Positions 1-11,596 of a stretch of DNA of 47,413 nt are shown in pieces. Position 1 is the stretch's first letter; the number at the start of each line of letters is the position of its first letter. The notes below the pieces were generated by a model. That model was not told where the DNA came from. It made no database searches and worked only from the letters and a program-made list of their open reading frames with translations. The position numbers and the translations under genes were made by a program. This DNA comes from Burkholderiales bacterium (lineage in GTDB: Bacteria; Pseudomonadota; Gammaproteobacteria; Burkholderiales; SG8-39), in assembly GCA_038329645.1 (NCBI GenBank), contig JBBQNG010000002.1, forward strand, positions 1-47,413. Reading direction: 5' to 3'.

Positions 1-395
1 CGCACGATCACCAGCCGCGGATTGGCTTCGAACAGGCGTTGCGGGGCAAGACCCATTTTCTCGAGCGTGCCAGGACGGAAACTCTCGACGAATATCGCCG
101 CCGTCGGAACGAGCGCGAGCAGCAGCGCCTTCGCGTCGGGATGCCTGAGGTCCAGGCCGAGGCTCTTCTTGCTGCGCGCGAAGATCTTCCAGTTGGTCGC
201 AACGCCTTCGGTTTTCCACGCGCGCAAGGTGTCGCCGGCAGGCGGCTCGACTTTGATCACTTCCGCGCCAAAATCGCCAAGCACCTGGGTGAGCATGTTG
301 CCCGCGACAAGTCGCGAAAGATCGAGCACCCGCACGCCGTCGAGCGGTCCTTTTGCATCGGGCGTGTATTGTCTTTGGCGGGGTGAAGTGGCCAT
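1..395 (-). CDS. Family III CoA-transferase (CaiB/BaiF/Frc type), N-terminal part only; the C-terminus lies beyond the left edge
   Basis: Absent from the ORF track because it runs off the window. Reverse-complement translation from the ATG at 393-395 gives MATSPRQRQYTPDAKGPLDGVRVLDLSRLVAGNMLTQVLGDFGAEVIKVEPPAGDTLRAWKTEG..., the typical GPL-G-RVLDLS...LGAEVIKVE-P N-terminal signature of family III CoA-transferases. High GC3. Confidence 0.8.
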   Translation of the reverse strand, partial: MATSPRQRQYTPDAKGPLDGVRVLDLSRLVAGNMLTQVLGDFGAEVIKVEPPAGDTLRAWKTEGVATNWKIFARSKKSLGLDLRHPDAKALLLALVPTAAIFVESFRPGTLEKMGLAPQRLFEANPRLVIV

Positions 396-486
396 TACCG
401 GGCGACTATTTATTTTTCATTTAACGCAATTGAATTGACAGGATAATCTCACCATAAGCCAATCTATACATTTATATGTTTAACAT

Positions 487-3072
487 TCACACACTCAATG
501 GCAGCGACTTGCGGGCGCGCGTGCGCTGCATGAACCAGATCAGCGCCACCAGCAGGCCCGCCGGTATGAATACCCAGTGGGGCGAGGGTCGCGCCGGATT
601 GAGCACCTTCACTTCCACGATCTTGAACCCCTGCTCCACGCCGAGCTTCTTGGCGCGGCTGCCGAATTTCACGCTGGAGACTTCCAGGTCGCCGCCCAAC
701 GCGGCGAGGGTCACGCCGCCCGCGCGAAGCCGCTCGCGCCCATTTTCACCCTCGCCCAGCGGAAGCGCGACGGTTTTGCTGACGGCCTTGCCCTCGATCG
801 ACTGGCCCGCGATGCTTACCGCCAGCCACTCGTCTTTCGACAGCGTGTCGGCCACCCGGTAGATCTCGCTCGCCGGGAGGGACTGGTACTTGGCGTGGAA
901 CCGGTCGACCACCCAGTCGGGACGGAAGAACAGGAACGTCGCGACGCACAGCAGGCCGATCTCGAACCAGGTGCAGCGGGCGCGGAACCACCCCATGGTG
1001 GCGGCTGCAAACAGCAGGGACGCCACGGTGGCGCTGGCACTGACCATGGCGATCTCCCACCACGAGCCGACGCCGATCAGGAGGATCTGCGGATTGAAGA
1101 CGAATACGAACGGCAGGATGGCCGTGCGAAAGCTGTACCAGGTGGCCTGCAGGCCGGTGGCGTTCGGGTCGTCTCCGGAAATGGCCGCCGCCGCATAGGA
1201 CGCAAGTCCGACCGGCGGCGTGACATCGGCCATGATGCCGAAGTAAAAAACGAACAGGTGTACTGCGATGAGCGGGATGACGAGCTCGCTGCGCGCGCCG
1301 AGTTCGACGATTACGGGAGCCATGAGCGTAGCGACGAGAATGTAGTTCGCCGTGGTGGGCACGCCTGCGCCGATCAGGAGGCAGATCACCGCGGTCAGCA
1401 CGAGCATGACGAGCACGTTGCCGGCGGAGATCTGTTCGACAAAATCGGTCATCATCAGGCCCATGCCCGTCAGCGTGATCACGCCGACGATAAGGCCCGC
1501 ACTGGCACAGGCCACGCCGATGCCGATCATGCTGCGCGCACCGAGCACGAGTCCTTTCCACAGGTCCGCGAAACCTTTGCGCACTCCGGCTGCGGCCCGG
1601 CCGGTGCGCCTGAACAGCGCAAGCAACGCCGGCTGCACGACGACAAGAACGGCAGCGGTCGCGGTCGCCCAGAAGGCCGAGGTGCCAGGCGAGAGCTCCT
1701 CGACCATGAGGCACCAGAGCAGCACTACGATTGGAATCAAGAAATGCATCCCGGCGCGGATCGTCGGCCAGGGTTTGGGCAGGTGCAATACCGGCGCCAG
1801 GGGATCGTCCTGCGGAACGTCCGGATAGCGCGCCGAATAGGCCAGCAGGAGGACATACGTGACGAGCGTAAGGCAGCCCAGCGCCCAGGTCGCTTCGCCC
1901 CCGAAGACCCAGCGCACGAGGGTGATGCCGTAGTAGATGAGCGCACACGCAGCAAGCGTCCCGCTCACGCCCAGCGCCCAGCCCAGCAGGCGCTGTCCGG
2001 CGGTGAGGGAATAGCCGCGCGGGATGACCTTGAGGTCGTACTTGAGCGCCTCAAGATGAACAATGTAGAAGAGCGCGATGTACGAAATGATCGCCGGCAG
2101 CGCGGCATGCTTGCAGATCTCGGAATACGGGATGCCGACGTACTCGACCATGAGGAAAGCCGCGGCGCCCATCACGGGGGGCATCAACTGGCCGTTGATC
2201 GACGACGCCGCTTCGATCGCCCCGGCCTTCACGCCCGAGTAGCCGGTGCGCTTCATGAGCGGAATGGTGAAGATGCCGCCCGAGACGACGTTCGACACGG
2301 ACGATCCCGACACCACACCATTGAGGGCCGAGGACACCACGGCGACCTTCGCGGGGCCGCCACGCAGGTGCCCCAGCAGGGCGATCGAGACCTGCATCAT
2401 GTAGTTCCCCGCGCCGGCAATGTCGAGGAGCGTGCCGAACAGCACGAACAGGAAGATGAACTGCACCGATACCCCGAGCGCCACCCCGTAGACACCCTCG
2501 GTGGTGAGCCACATGTGCGACACGAAGCGCTGCACCGTCGCACCCTTGTGCTGGATGACCTCCGGCATAAGGGGCCCGGCAAAGATGTAGACGAGGAACA
2601 GGCCGGTTGTAATCAGCATCCCCATGCCCATGGCGCGGCGCGTGGCCTCGAGCATGATGGCCACGCCAGCCAGGCCGACAACCATGTCCGTGGTCGTCGG
2701 CTGGCCCGGCCGGGTCGCAAGCTCGTTGTAATAGAGAAAGAGGTAGGCGGCGCAGAACGCGCCTACCGCGGCAAGGAGCCAATCGGACCAGGGCACGACC
2801 TGGCGCGAAGAGGTCCGGAACGCTGGAAACGCCGCGAACGCGAGGAACACCGAAAAGGCCAGGTGAATCGCACGGGCCTCGGTATCGTTGAATATTCCCA
2901 CGCCCACCACAAAGGGCAGCGGGGAGGCATACCAGACCTGGAACAGGGACCACGCCCCAGCCACCACGGCAAGGAAGACACCGACTTTCCCGACCGGCTC
3001 GCGGCCGCCAAGGTCCGCTTCCTTCACGAGCCGCTCAAGATCGGGGGCGGGAAGCCTGCCACGCTCGGTCAT
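487..3072 (-). CDS. TRAP transporter fused permease (TAXI-associated 4TM/12TM fusion type, with long C-terminal extension)
   Basis: 861-aa highly hydrophobic ORF with many predicted TM segments, directly downstream of a TAXI-family binding protein gene. Length and composition fit the fused DctQM-like permeases of TAXI-TRAP systems. ATG at 3070-3072. Confidence 0.9.
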   Translation of the reverse strand: MTERGRLPAPDLERLVKEADLGGREPVGKVGVFLAVVAGAWSLFQVWYASPLPFVVGVGIFNDTEARAIHLAFSVFLAFAAFPAFRTSSRQVVPWSDWLLAAVGAFCAAYLFLYYNELATRPGQPTTTDMVVGLAGVAIMLEATRRAMGMGMLITTGLFLVYIFAGPLMPEVIQHKGATVQRFVSHMWLTTEGVYGVALGVSVQFIFLFVLFGTLLDIAGAGNYMMQVSIALLGHLRGGPAKVAVVSSALNGVVSGSSVSNVVSGGIFTIPLMKRTGYSGVKAGAIEAASSINGQLMPPVMGAAAFLMVEYVGIPYSEICKHAALPAIISYIALFYIVHLEALKYDLKVIPRGYSLTAGQRLLGWALGVSGTLAACALIYYGITLVRWVFGGEATWALGCLTLVTYVLLLAYSARYPDVPQDDPLAPVLHLPKPWPTIRAGMHFLIPIVVLLWCLMVEELSPGTSAFWATATAAVLVVVQPALLALFRRTGRAAAGVRKGFADLWKGLVLGARSMIGIGVACASAGLIVGVITLTGMGLMMTDFVEQISAGNVLVMLVLTAVICLLIGAGVPTTANYILVATLMAPVIVELGARSELVIPLIAVHLFVFYFGIMADVTPPVGLASYAAAAISGDDPNATGLQATWYSFRTAILPFVFVFNPQILLIGVGSWWEIAMVSASATVASLLFAAATMGWFRARCTWFEIGLLCVATFLFFRPDWVVDRFHAKYQSLPASEIYRVADTLSKDEWLAVSIAGQSIEGKAVSKTVALPLGEGENGRERLRAGGVTLAALGGDLEVSSVKFGSRAKKLGVEQGFKIVEVKVLNPARPSPHWVFIPAGLLVALIWFMQRTRARKSLPLSV

Positions 3073-3085
3073 CTATGTCCTTTTG

Positions 3086-3120
3086 CAAACAAAAAGGGCG
3101 GAATTCGCATTCCGCCCCTT
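3086..3120 (-). terminator. Intrinsic terminator between the TAXI binding-protein gene and the permease gene
   Basis: The minus strand reads GGGCGGAAT-GCGA-ATTCCGCCC (9-bp GC-rich stem, GNRA tetraloop) followed by TTTTTGTTTG. It lies 23 nt after the TAG of the binding-protein gene. Confidence 0.7.
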
Positions 3121-3142
3121 GCTCCGCCCCGAAATCGCCGGG

Positions 3143-4111
3143 CTACTTGAGCCAGCCCTTTTCCTTGTAGTACCTGATCGCGCCCTCGTGGAGAGGGGCT
3201 GACAGGCCATCCTTGATCATGTGCTCGGGCGCGAGGATCGCCAGTGCTGGATGGAGCTTCTTGAATTCGTCGAAATTGTCGAACACGCCTTTGACCACCG
3301 CATACACGGTATCGGCCGGGACCTTGCTCGAAGACACCATGGTGGCAAGCACGCCATACGTTTTGGTGTCGGCGGTATTGTTCGGGTACAGCCCGCCGGG
3401 AATCGTCGCATAGGCGTAATACGGCTTCTCCTTGACCAGCTTGTCCACCGCCGGGCCGGTCAGCGACACGAGCTTTGCGCCGCAGGAGGTGGTGGGATCC
3501 TGGATGTTGGCCGAGGGATGGCCGACCCCGTAGAAGAAACCGTCGATCTTGCCGTCGCACAGCGCCGCGCCATGCTCATCGGCCTTGAGCTCGGAGGCGA
3601 GCGAGAAATCGCCCAGCTTCCATCCCATGGACGCGAGCAACTCTTCCATCGACGCGCGCGTGCCCGAGCCCGGGTTGCCGACGTTGAACTTTTTACCTTT
3701 GAAATCGGCAAAGGCTTTGATGCCGCCTTCCTTCCGCGCGAGCACGGTGAACGGCTCCGGGTGCAGGGAAAAAACCGACCGCAGGTCGGAGTGCGCGCCA
3801 TCCTTGAACTGCGCGAGGCCTTTGACCGCGTTGTACTGGACGTCGGACTGCGTCGCCCCCAGGTCGAGCTCGCCGGCCTTGATGGTGTTGACGTTGAATA
3901 CCGACCCGCCGGTGGATTCCACCGAGCAGCGGATGTTGTGTACCTTGCGGTCCTTGTTGACCAGCCGGCAGATTGCGCCTCCCGCCGCGTAATAAACGCC
4001 GGTTACTCCCCCGGTGCCGATCGTGACGTACTTCTGCTGCGCTTGGGCAGGCGAGAACGCGAGGACGAGAATCGCCGCGGCGAGGACCGCGGAACTGTTG
4101 GCTTTCTGCAT
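3143..4111 (-). CDS. TAXI-family TRAP transporter solute-binding protein
   Basis: 322 aa with an N-terminal signal peptide ([16 protein letters not shown]), then the TAXI hallmark [25 protein letters not shown]. Adjacent to the fused TRAP permease. Confidence 0.9.
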   Translation of the reverse strand: MQKANSSAVLAAAILVLAFSPAQAQQKYVTIGTGGVTGVYYAAGGAICRLVNKDRKVHNIRCSVESTGGSVFNVNTIKAGELDLGATQSDVQYNAVKGLAQFKDGAHSDLRSVFSLHPEPFTVLARKEGGIKAFADFKGKKFNVGNPGSGTRASMEELLASMGWKLGDFSLASELKADEHGAALCDGKIDGFFYGVGHPSANIQDPTTSCGAKLVSLTGPAVDKLVKEKPYYAYATIPGGLYPNNTADTKTYGVLATMVSSSKVPADTVYAVVKGVFDNFDEFKKLHPALAILAPEHMIKDGLSAPLHEGAIRYYKEKGWLK

Positions 4112-4155
4112 GGCTGCCCCTTGGAGTGCGAGCTGGAAGCTTATCGAAGCACTTG

Positions 4156-5499
4156 CTAGGCGGCAAGCGCGGCGGGCACCCCGAGCGTGGCCGACAGCGC
4201 AGTCGAAAATTTCGCCACCAGTTCGTCGAGCTGCGCTTCCTCAACGATGAAGGGCGGCGCGAACAGAACGTGGTCGCCCTGCACGCCGTCCAGCGTCCCC
4301 CCCATGGGGTAGCACATCAGGCCGGCGTCGAGCGCCGCTTTTTTGAGGCGGATGTTGACCCTGCGCGCCGCGTCGAACGGCTTTTTGGTCGCGCGGTCCT
4401 CCACCAGCTCGAGCGCCCGGAACAGGCCGCGTCCGCGAATGTCCCCGACATTGGGGTGACGGCCGAATGCCGCGCGCAGTTTCCGCTCAAGCATCTCGCC
4501 AAGCGGCCCGACCCGCGCTAGCAGCCCGTCTTCGTTGAGCCGCCTTTGCACTGCCAGCGCACCCGCGCACGCCGCCGCATGGCCAAGGTAGGTGTGCCCG
4601 TGCTGGAAAAACCCGCTGCCGGACACGATCGCGTCATATATTCTTTTGGTGGCTATCACGGCCCCGATTGGCTGGTAGCCCGCGCCGAGTCCCTTCGCAA
4701 TGCAGACCAGGTCCGGCACGATCCCCTCCTGCTCGAAGGTAAACAGCGCGCCGCAGCGTCCCATGCCGCACATCACCTCGTCGAGGATAAGCAGGACGCC
4801 GTACTTGTCGCAAACTTCGCGGATCCGCCGGAAGTATCCGGGCACTGCCGTCACCGCACCGAGGGTCGCACCGACCACGGTTTCGGCGACGAACGCGATC
4901 ACCCTGTCGTCCCCGAGCCTGACAATTTCGGTTTCGAGTTCCGCGGCCAGGCGTGCGGCGTAAGCCTCGTCGGATTCCTGCGCCGCCTGGTCGCGATACG
5001 CAAAGCACGGGGAGACGTGGGAAACGTCGATCAGCAACGGCTCGAACTGTTTGCGCCGCCACGCGTTGCCGCCTACCGCGAGCGCCCCCAAAGTGTTGCC
5101 GTGATAGCTGCCCCGGCGCGCAATGATGTGCTTGCGGTGCGGTTCGCCCTTCTCGACAAAATATTGGCGCGCCAGCTTGAGCGCAGCCTCCATTGCTTCC
5201 GATCCACCGGACACGAAGTAAACCCGGTCGAATTCCTTCGGCGCGCGCCGGATCAGCTCGTCGGCGAGGGCTTCCATCGGCTCATTGGTGAAAAAGGAGG
5301 TGTGAGCGAACGGGAGCAGCTCGAGCTGCGCCTTGATGGCCTCCACCACCGCCCGGTCCGAATGGCCCAGGCAGGACACCGCTGCGCCTCCCGAGGCGTC
5401 CAGGTAACGCTTGCCCTCGTTGTCCACCAGGTACGCGCCGTCGCCCCGAACCGCGACCGGATATTCGCTCTTCGGATTGCGATGGAACACGTGGCTCAT
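4156..5499 (-). CDS. Class III (omega-type) pyridoxal-phosphate aminotransferase
   Basis: 447 aa. Carries [31 protein letters not shown] and [17 protein letters not shown], typical of the acetylornithine/GABA/omega-aminotransferase family. Confidence 0.9.
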   Translation of the reverse strand: MSHVFHRNPKSEYPVAVRGDGAYLVDNEGKRYLDASGGAAVSCLGHSDRAVVEAIKAQLELLPFAHTSFFTNEPMEALADELIRRAPKEFDRVYFVSGGSEAMEAALKLARQYFVEKGEPHRKHIIARRGSYHGNTLGALAVGGNAWRRKQFEPLLIDVSHVSPCFAYRDQAAQESDEAYAARLAAELETEIVRLGDDRVIAFVAETVVGATLGAVTAVPGYFRRIREVCDKYGVLLILDEVMCGMGRCGALFTFEQEGIVPDLVCIAKGLGAGYQPIGAVIATKRIYDAIVSGSGFFQHGHTYLGHAAACAGALAVQRRLNEDGLLARVGPLGEMLERKLRAAFGRHPNVGDIRGRGLFRALELVEDRATKKPFDAARRVNIRLKKAALDAGLMCYPMGGTLDGVQGDHVLFAPPFIVEEAQLDELVAKFSTALSATLGVPAALAA

Positions 5500-5514
5500 G
5501 CGGCTCCCGGGCGT

Positions 5515-7344
5515 CTAGGCGGCGAGCTTCTCGTGCAACAGCGTGCGCCGGACCTCGAGCTCGACAGGCAGGTGGCTGCCAAGCTTGCCTAGGAGCTCGT
5601 CGTGCGAATGCAGTTCCTCCGCCCAGGCCGCGTGCTCGACCTCGCTCAGTTCGGCATACCGGTCCGGGGTGAATTTCTCCAGGCCCGTCCAGGAAAGGTC
5701 CTCGTAGCGCGGCATGATCCCCAGCGCCGTGGCGCTGCCTTTCGCGCTGCCTTCGCAGCGTTCCACGATCCACTGCAGGACGCGCATATTCTCGCCGAAA
5801 CCGGGCCACAGGAATTTTCCGGCCGCGTCGCGGCGGAACCAGTTGACCCGGAAGACCTTCGGCGGCCGGGTTACGGCCTTGCCCATCTTGAGCCAATGGG
5901 CGAAATAGTCGCCGATGTTATAGCCGCAGAACGCCAGCATCGCCATCGGGTCGCGCCGCACTACGCCCACCTTCCCCGTGATCGCGGCAGTGGTCTCGGA
6001 ACCCAGAGTGGCCGCCATGTAAACGCCGTCTTCCCAGCTCGGCGCCTCGACGACAAGGGGCACCGTCGACGAACGGCGCCCGCCGAACAGGAACGCGGAG
6101 ATCGGCACGCCGGCCGGATCCTCCCAGTGCTCGTCCATCGAGGGGCATTGCGAGGCCGGGACGGTGAATCGCGCGTTGGCATGCGCGGCCAGCCGGCCGC
6201 ACCCAGGCGTCCACTCCTGGCCCTGCCAGTCGATGAGCTTCGCCGGGGGCGTCTCAGTCATTCCTTCCCACCACACGTCCCCGTCGTGCGTCAGCGCCAC
6301 GTTGGTGAAGATGACGTTCGCGCGCAGGGTTTTCATGGCGTTGGGATTAGTCGCCTCCGATGTCCCTGGCGCCACTCCGAAGAACCCGGCTTCGGGGTTG
6401 ATCGCATAGAACTGCCCGTCCTCGCCCGGCTTGATCCAGGCGATGTCTTCCCCGACCGTGGTGATCTTCCAGCCCGCATGACTCCGGGGCGGGATCAGCA
6501 TCGCGAAATTGGTCTTGCCGCAGGCCGAAGGGAATGCGGCGGACACATAGTGTTTCTTGCCCTGCGGCGACTCGACGCCGAGGATCAGCATGTGCTCCGC
6601 GAGCCAGCCCTCGTCGCGCGCCATAGTGGAAGCGATGCGCAGCGCGAGGCACTTCTTGCCGAGCAGCGCGTTGCCGCCGTACCCCGACCCGAAGGACCAG
6701 ATCTCGCGCGTCTCGGGAAAGTGGACGATCCACTTGTCCTTGTCGTTGCAGGGCCACGCCACGTCCTTCTGGCCCGCCGCCAGCGGCGCACCGACCGAAT
6801 GCACGCAGGGAATGAATGCGCCGTCGTCGCCCAGGTGGTCCACCACTGCGCGCCCCATGCGGGTCATCATGCGCATGTTGACGACGACGTAGGCCGAATC
6901 GGAGATCTCGACACCGACCTGCGCGATGTGCGAGCCGATCGGACCCATCGAGAAAGGCATCACGTACATTGTGCGACTCCGCATGCACCCGTCGAACAGG
7001 CGCGAAAGCGTCGCGCGCATGGCGGCGGGATCCTCCCAGTTATTGGTAGGGCCGGCGTCCTCTTTTTTCGCGCTGCAAATGAAAGTCCGGTCTTCCATGC
7101 GCGCAACGTCGGTGGGATGCGAGCGCGCGAGAAAGCTGTGCGGGCGCAGCTTTTCATCCAGCTTGAGGAAAGTCCCCGCGTCGACCAGCTCCGCGCACAG
7201 GCGCTCGTTCTCCTCCGCCGATCCGTCGCACCAGACAACGCGCGCCGGTTTGGCGAGTTGCGCAATTTGCCGCACCCACTCACGCAGGCGACGGTGTCGA
7301 ACGTAGGCGGGTGCGTCGGCGACACCGGTCCCTGGCTCATTCAT
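5515..7344 (-). CDS. pckG: Phosphoenolpyruvate carboxykinase (GTP)
   Basis: 609 aa. Carries the GTP-PEPCK motifs [23 protein letters not shown] and WMRFGEDG-like [10 protein letters not shown], conserved across the full length. Confidence 0.95.
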   Translation of the reverse strand: MNEPGTGVADAPAYVRHRRLREWVRQIAQLAKPARVVWCDGSAEENERLCAELVDAGTFLKLDEKLRPHSFLARSHPTDVARMEDRTFICSAKKEDAGPTNNWEDPAAMRATLSRLFDGCMRSRTMYVMPFSMGPIGSHIAQVGVEISDSAYVVVNMRMMTRMGRAVVDHLGDDGAFIPCVHSVGAPLAAGQKDVAWPCNDKDKWIVHFPETREIWSFGSGYGGNALLGKKCLALRIASTMARDEGWLAEHMLILGVESPQGKKHYVSAAFPSACGKTNFAMLIPPRSHAGWKITTVGEDIAWIKPGEDGQFYAINPEAGFFGVAPGTSEATNPNAMKTLRANVIFTNVALTHDGDVWWEGMTETPPAKLIDWQGQEWTPGCGRLAAHANARFTVPASQCPSMDEHWEDPAGVPISAFLFGGRRSSTVPLVVEAPSWEDGVYMAATLGSETTAAITGKVGVVRRDPMAMLAFCGYNIGDYFAHWLKMGKAVTRPPKVFRVNWFRRDAAGKFLWPGFGENMRVLQWIVERCEGSAKGSATALGIMPRYEDLSWTGLEKFTPDRYAELSEVEHAAWAEELHSHDELLGKLGSHLPVELEVRRTLLHEKLAA

Positions 7345-7471
7345 AAAGTGCGCTCCAAAATGAAAACGGCCCTGGGCTGGCCGGGCCGAAATTTTTGATC
7401 CCTAATGCGCCGAATTGTAGCAGCCGGGCCGCCTCGCGGCACGGCCGGAGCGCTCTCCAAGGACGCGCCGA

Positions 7472-7485
7472 TTGCTGCGCAGCAA
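7472..7485. promoter_or_regulatory. Perfect 14-bp palindrome TTGCTGCGCAGCAA in the pckG upstream region (candidate operator)
   Basis: Read directly from the sequence. It lies 128 bp upstream of the pckG ATG and 35 bp downstream of the AbrB-family gene stop. No T-run follows on either strand, so it is unlikely to be a terminator. Confidence 0.3.
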
Positions 7486-7519
7486 CCACACGGGCGCATA
7501 TTCGCAACAACATGAAAAC

Positions 7520-8578
7520 CTATGTCTTTTTAAGCTTTGCCGCGACGGCACGTGCGAGCTTGTAGAGGGTTCCGGTAGCGGTGACGAGGACGATGACACG
7601 CGTCACGTGTGCTGCAGTCACCAGCGGGACACCGAGCTGCAGTACTTTCGCGGTAATGCACATTTCGGCGATCCCGCCGGGCGCGGTGGCCAGTACGACA
7701 CTGGGGACCGGCAAGCCATAACCCCAGGCGAGCGCCGCGCCAAGCGTCGCGGCAAGCGCAATCGCAAGCAGGATGCTCGCGAGGGTAGCGGCCACGAACC
7801 CGGGGATGCGGTCGAGGAACTTGCGCTCGAAGCGGCCGCCCAAGGCGCAGCCAATCAGCAGCTGGCCTGCGTTCGACACCTGCGCAGGGATCGTCGACAG
7901 CTGGATCTCGCTTACCGTAAGCCCGATCACGCTGAAAAGCGCGCCCAGCATGAATGCGTTGGGCGCTCCGGCGAGGGCCAGCGCCCCTCCGCCAGCCGCG
8001 GCAATTGCAAGCAGGAGGAGCAGCCTGCCCCAATCGAGCGTCACGCTAGCCGGCACATAAACGTCTGCGCCGTGGACCCCCGAGTAGGTCAGCCCGAACG
8101 GCACCACGATCACCACCGCAAGGATGCGCATCGACTGGGCGATCGCCACGCGGTCGACGCGCGCGCCGAACCGTTCGGCCAGCACCGACATCTCCGTCGC
8201 GCCTCCCGGCACGCTCGAGAAAAAAGCGGTCTTGCCATCGATGCCGGTGATGGCGCTGATGAACCACGCGCACGCGCAGGCGATGACGATGGCCAAGAGC
8301 GCCGCAAGAAGCAGGAAATGCCAATAGGAAGCCACTTGCTGCGCGACCACGGGGGTGAAATACAGTCCCAGCGCCGCGCCTATGATCACCTGGCCCGCCT
8401 GGCGGCCGCCCGGAGGGACGCGCAGCCGGGCGCCGCTGAAATTGAATACAGCCATCAGCACCAGCGGCCCGATCATCCACGGCAACGGCGTCCTGAGCCA
8501 CGTAAATAACGCCCCGCCAAGCGCGCACAGCGACAGGCTGGCCACAGGGTTGATGAAGGTGTCGCGGGCTGCGTTCAC
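7520..8578 (-). CDS. AbrB-family (pfam05145, 'putative ammonia monooxygenase' type) integral membrane protein
   Basis: Hydrophobic ORF with an internally duplicated architecture: the motif recurs as [12 protein letters not shown] and [12 protein letters not shown]. The ORF track starts at a TTG at 8590. I prefer the GTG at 8576-8578, which forms a GTGA overlap with the mnmE stop. Confidence 0.8.
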   Translation of the reverse strand: MNAARDTFINPVASLSLCALGGALFTWLRTPLPWMIGPLVLMAVFNFSGARLRVPPGGRQAGQVIIGAALGLYFTPVVAQQVASYWHFLLLAALLAIVIACACAWFISAITGIDGKTAFFSSVPGGATEMSVLAERFGARVDRVAIAQSMRILAVVIVVPFGLTYSGVHGADVYVPASVTLDWGRLLLLLAIAAAGGGALALAGAPNAFMLGALFSVIGLTVSEIQLSTIPAQVSNAGQLLIGCALGGRFERKFLDRIPGFVAATLASILLAIALAATLGAALAWGYGLPVPSVVLATAPGGIAEMCITAKVLQLGVPLVTAAHVTRVIVLVTATGTLYKLARAVAAKLKKT

Positions 8579-9924
8579 TTGCCTATGCAAAAGCGCGCAA
8601 AGATTTCCCCCAGCAGGTCGTCGGCGGTGAATTCGCCGGTGATCGTGGCCAACGCTTGCTGCGCAAGGCGCAGCTCCTCTGCGAAAAGTTCGAGGCGTTC
8701 CTGGTGTCCGGCAGCCGCTGCGAGGCGCTCGTCGGCTTCCGATAGCGCACGCAGGTGACGCTCGCGGGCGACAAAGAGCGTTTCACCCCCCTTGTCCCAG
8801 CCGGCGGCATCGAGCAGCGTTGCGCGCAGTAAATCGACCCCGGCCCCCGATTTCGCTGAAACCATGACCTCACGGGGTGCGCCTTCGCGGACTGCAGGCT
8901 CGATACCCGCAAGGTCGATCTTGTTGTAGACGTGAATCTGGGTGAGGTCTTGCGGCAGGCGCGCGACAATCTCGCGGTCCTCAGGCGCAAGGCCTCCCTT
9001 CGCGTCGGTCACCAGGATCGCAATATCCGCGCGCGCAAGTTCGCGCCACGTGCGCTCGATGCCCAGTTTCTCCACCTCGTCGCCCGCGTCGCGCAATCCT
9101 GCCGTGTCCACGATGTTGATCGGTACACCCTCGATTGCGATGGCCTCGCGCACTGCGTCCCGGGTCGTGCCCGGTACTGGCGTGACGATTGCGCGCTCTT
9201 CGCCGGCCAGCCGGTTGAGAAGGCTCGACTTGCCGACGTTGGGTCGCCCCGCGAGCACGACATTGATTCCGGACCGGAGCAGGCTGCCCTGCCGGCTGCG
9301 CGCAAAAACCTGCACCAGAGACTGCCTGATGGCAGCGAGCCGCTTGCGGACGTCCTCGCGATGGACCGCGTCAACTTCTTCGTCGGGAAAATCGAGCACC
9401 GCCTCAATCAGCGCGCGCAGCTCGGTAAGTTGGGCGACAAGCAATCCGATTGCGGCGGAAAATTCCCCGCTGAGGGAGCGCATGGCGCTGCGCGCCGCCT
9501 GGGCGGTGGCTGCTTCGATCAGGTCGGCGACCGCTTCGGCCTGCGCAAGGTCCAGCTTGCCGTTGAGGAATGCACGCCGCGTGAATTCACCCGGCTCGGC
9601 AAGGCGTGCGCCGGCTTCAAGGCAGGCCGCCAGCACGAGGCCGAGAGCGACGGGGCTGCCGTGACCGTGGAGCTCCAGGACTTCCTCGCCGGTGTAGGAC
9701 CCCGGGCCCGGAAAATACAGCGCAATGCCCTGATCCAGGCGTGCGCCGAACGCGTCGCGCATTGCCGTCAGAGTTGCGACCCGTGGGTCAGGAAGCCGGC
9801 CAATCAGCGCGTTCGCTATCGCCGGCACCTTCGCTCCCGATGCCCGGACGATCCCTATTCCGCCCCGGCCGGGCGGGGTGGCGATCGCTGCGATCGTGTC
9901 GCGGACCGGGTCAGCGTTTGGCAT
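8575..9924 (-). CDS. mnmE: tRNA modification GTPase MnmE (TrmE)
   Basis: 449 aa. N-terminal [23 protein letters not shown]1 motif [12 protein letters not shown], and the diagnostic C-terminal CIGK. Confidence 0.95.
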   Translation of the reverse strand: MPNADPVRDTIAAIATPPGRGGIGIVRASGAKVPAIANALIGRLPDPRVATLTAMRDAFGARLDQGIALYFPGPGSYTGEEVLELHGHGSPVALGLVLAACLEAGARLAEPGEFTRRAFLNGKLDLAQAEAVADLIEAATAQAARSAMRSLSGEFSAAIGLLVAQLTELRALIEAVLDFPDEEVDAVHREDVRKRLAAIRQSLVQVFARSRQGSLLRSGINVVLAGRPNVGKSSLLNRLAGEERAIVTPVPGTTRDAVREAIAIEGVPINIVDTAGLRDAGDEVEKLGIERTWRELARADIAILVTDAKGGLAPEDREIVARLPQDLTQIHVYNKIDLAGIEPAVREGAPREVMVSAKSGAGVDLLRATLLDAAGWDKGGETLFVARERHLRALSEADERLAAAAGHQERLELFAEELRLAQQALATITGEFTADDLLGEIFARFCIGK

Positions 9925-11596
9925 GGGCAGGTTTGTCGCGCTCGAACATGCGCTGGATCTGCCATTGCTGTGCTATTGAAAGGATATTGTTGACGAGCCA
10001 GTAGAGCACCAGCCCCGCCGGGAAAAAGAAAAAGAAGATGCTGAACACGAACGGCATGAACATCATGACCTTCGCCTGCACCGGATCGGGCGGGACCGGG
10101 TTCAGCTTGGTCTGCACCACCATCGTGATCGTCATCAGGATCGGCAGCACGTAATAGGGATCGAGCGCCGAAAGGTCGTGGATCCAGAGCATGAACGGCG
10201 CGTGGCGCAGCTCGATCGCGGCGAGCAGCACCCAGTACAGCGCAATGAAGACCGGGATCTGCACGAGGATTGGGAAACAGCCGCCGAGAGGGTTGATCTT
10301 CTCGGTCTTGTAGAGCTCCATCATCGCCTGGTTCTGTCGCGCCCGGTCGTTGGCGTACATCTCGCGGATCTTGGTGAGCCGCGGGGTGACCAGCTTCATC
10401 TTCGCCATCGATTTGTAGCTCGCCGCCGACAGCGGGAAGAAGACGATTTTGATCGTTACGGTCAGCAGGATGATTGCGACGCCCCAGTTGCCGGCGAGGC
10501 TGTGGTATTTCTCGAGCAGCCAGAACAGCGGCCACGCGATGATCGTGAGCCATCCGTAATCGACGACCAGGTCGAAACCGGGGGCGACTTCCTTAAGCCT
10601 GCGCTGCTCCTGCGGCCCGGCGTACAGCGGCGCGACGACCCTGGCGCTCGCGCCCGGCGCAATCGCCGGAACCGGCAGCACCACGCGGCCGCTGTAGACG
10701 CCATCCGGGCGCTTCTCGACTACGTAGTCGCGCGGGCCTGCAACGGTCGGCACCCACGCGGCGACAAAATAGTGCTGGACGAACGCGATCCACCCGTCGA
10801 CCGCCTGTTTCGCGTGGTCGGCCTTGCCCTTGTCGATGTCCGAGTACTGGATCTTTTCGAACTTCTTGTCGCCGGTGTACTCGGCAAAACCATTGAAACT
10901 CTGCGCGCCGAACGACTGGGCAAGCGAACTGCCCCCGGCGGCCTGTTTGCCGTCGTGGGTGAGCTGGAAGTAGGCGTGCGGCGCCGCCGGCGCGCTGCCC
11001 GCGTTGCGGATCTCCAAGGCGACATCGATGATGTAGCTGTCGCGCTTGAACGTGTAAACCTTTTCGATCGACAGCCCGTCCTTGCCTTCGGCCGCGAGCC
11101 TGACCTCGACGCTGTCCTTGCCATCGGCGAGCGACCGTTCGCCCGGCAGAACGCGCCACAAGGTGCGGTGGTTCGGACCGCCGTCGCCGGTAAGGCCGCT
11201 TTGCGCGAAATACTGGTGCTCAGGCCCGAGCAGCACCAGGCTCTGGGTCTGGTCGTCGGTCGCCTTGTGCTTGAGGAGTTCGAGGCGCGTCAATCCGCCG
11301 CCGAGCGTATCGATCTCCGCCACCAGAAGGTCGGTGCGGATCTGGACAACCTCGCCCTTGGCCGCGGCCGGCGCCGGCGCGGGAACCGTGGCGGCGGGCG
11401 CCGCGGGCACCGCCGTGGTTGCAGGCGTGGGCACTACGGCGCCCGGAACAACCTTGGTGTTTGCCGCCTGCGGAGCGGCGGCAGTGGACGGGGAGGGTTT
11501 GGGCCGCTGCTCCTTTTCCCACTCGGTCCACAGCAGGAGGAGGGAGAAGCTGAAAACGAAGAACAGGATCAGTCTTTGGGTATCCATGGATTTCAC
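9911..11596 (-). CDS. yidC: Membrane protein insertase YidC
   Basis: 561 aa. N-terminal TM segment, large periplasmic domain, and the conserved C-terminal 60-kDa insertase core ([45 protein letters not shown]). Located in the canonical rnpA-yidD-yidC-mnmE context. Confidence 0.95.
   Translation of the reverse strand: MKSMDTQRLILFFVFSFSLLLLWTEWEKEQRPKPSPSTAAAPQAANTKVVPGAVVPTPATTAVPAAPAATVPAPAPAAAKGEVVQIRTDLLVAEIDTLGGGLTRLELLKHKATDDQTQSLVLLGPEHQYFAQSGLTGDGGPNHRTLWRVLPGERSLADGKDSVEVRLAAEGKDGLSIEKVYTFKRDSYIIDVALEIRNAGSAPAAPHAYFQLTHDGKQAAGGSSLAQSFGAQSFNGFAEYTGDKKFEKIQYSDIDKGKADHAKQAVDGWIAFVQHYFVAAWVPTVAGPRDYVVEKRPDGVYSGRVVLPVPAIAPGASARVVAPLYAGPQEQRRLKEVAPGFDLVVDYGWLTIIAWPLFWLLEKYHSLAGNWGVAIILLTVTIKIVFFPLSAASYKSMAKMKLVTPRLTKIREMYANDRARQNQAMMELYKTEKINPLGGCFPILVQIPVFIALYWVLLAAIELRHAPFMLWIHDLSALDPYYVLPILMTITMVVQTKLNPVPPDPVQAKVMMFMPFVFSIFFFFFPAGLVLYWLVNNILSIAQQWQIQRMFERDKPAHAKR

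Noticed and set aside
396-486. AT-rich spacer containing TTGACA (437-442) on the plus strand and the near-palindrome ACATTTATATGT
   Set aside because: There is no plus-strand gene downstream for that -35 to serve. The spacer is most simply the promoter and upstream region of the minus-strand CoA-transferase gene. I could not define convincing -35/-10 elements, so no feature was called.
577-3150. 857-aa plus-strand ORF
   Set aside because: It lies exactly antisense to the TRAP permease gene. The translation is Arg/Gly/His/Asp-rich with no hydrophobic core or recognisable motif. This is the typical open antisense frame of high-GC DNA.
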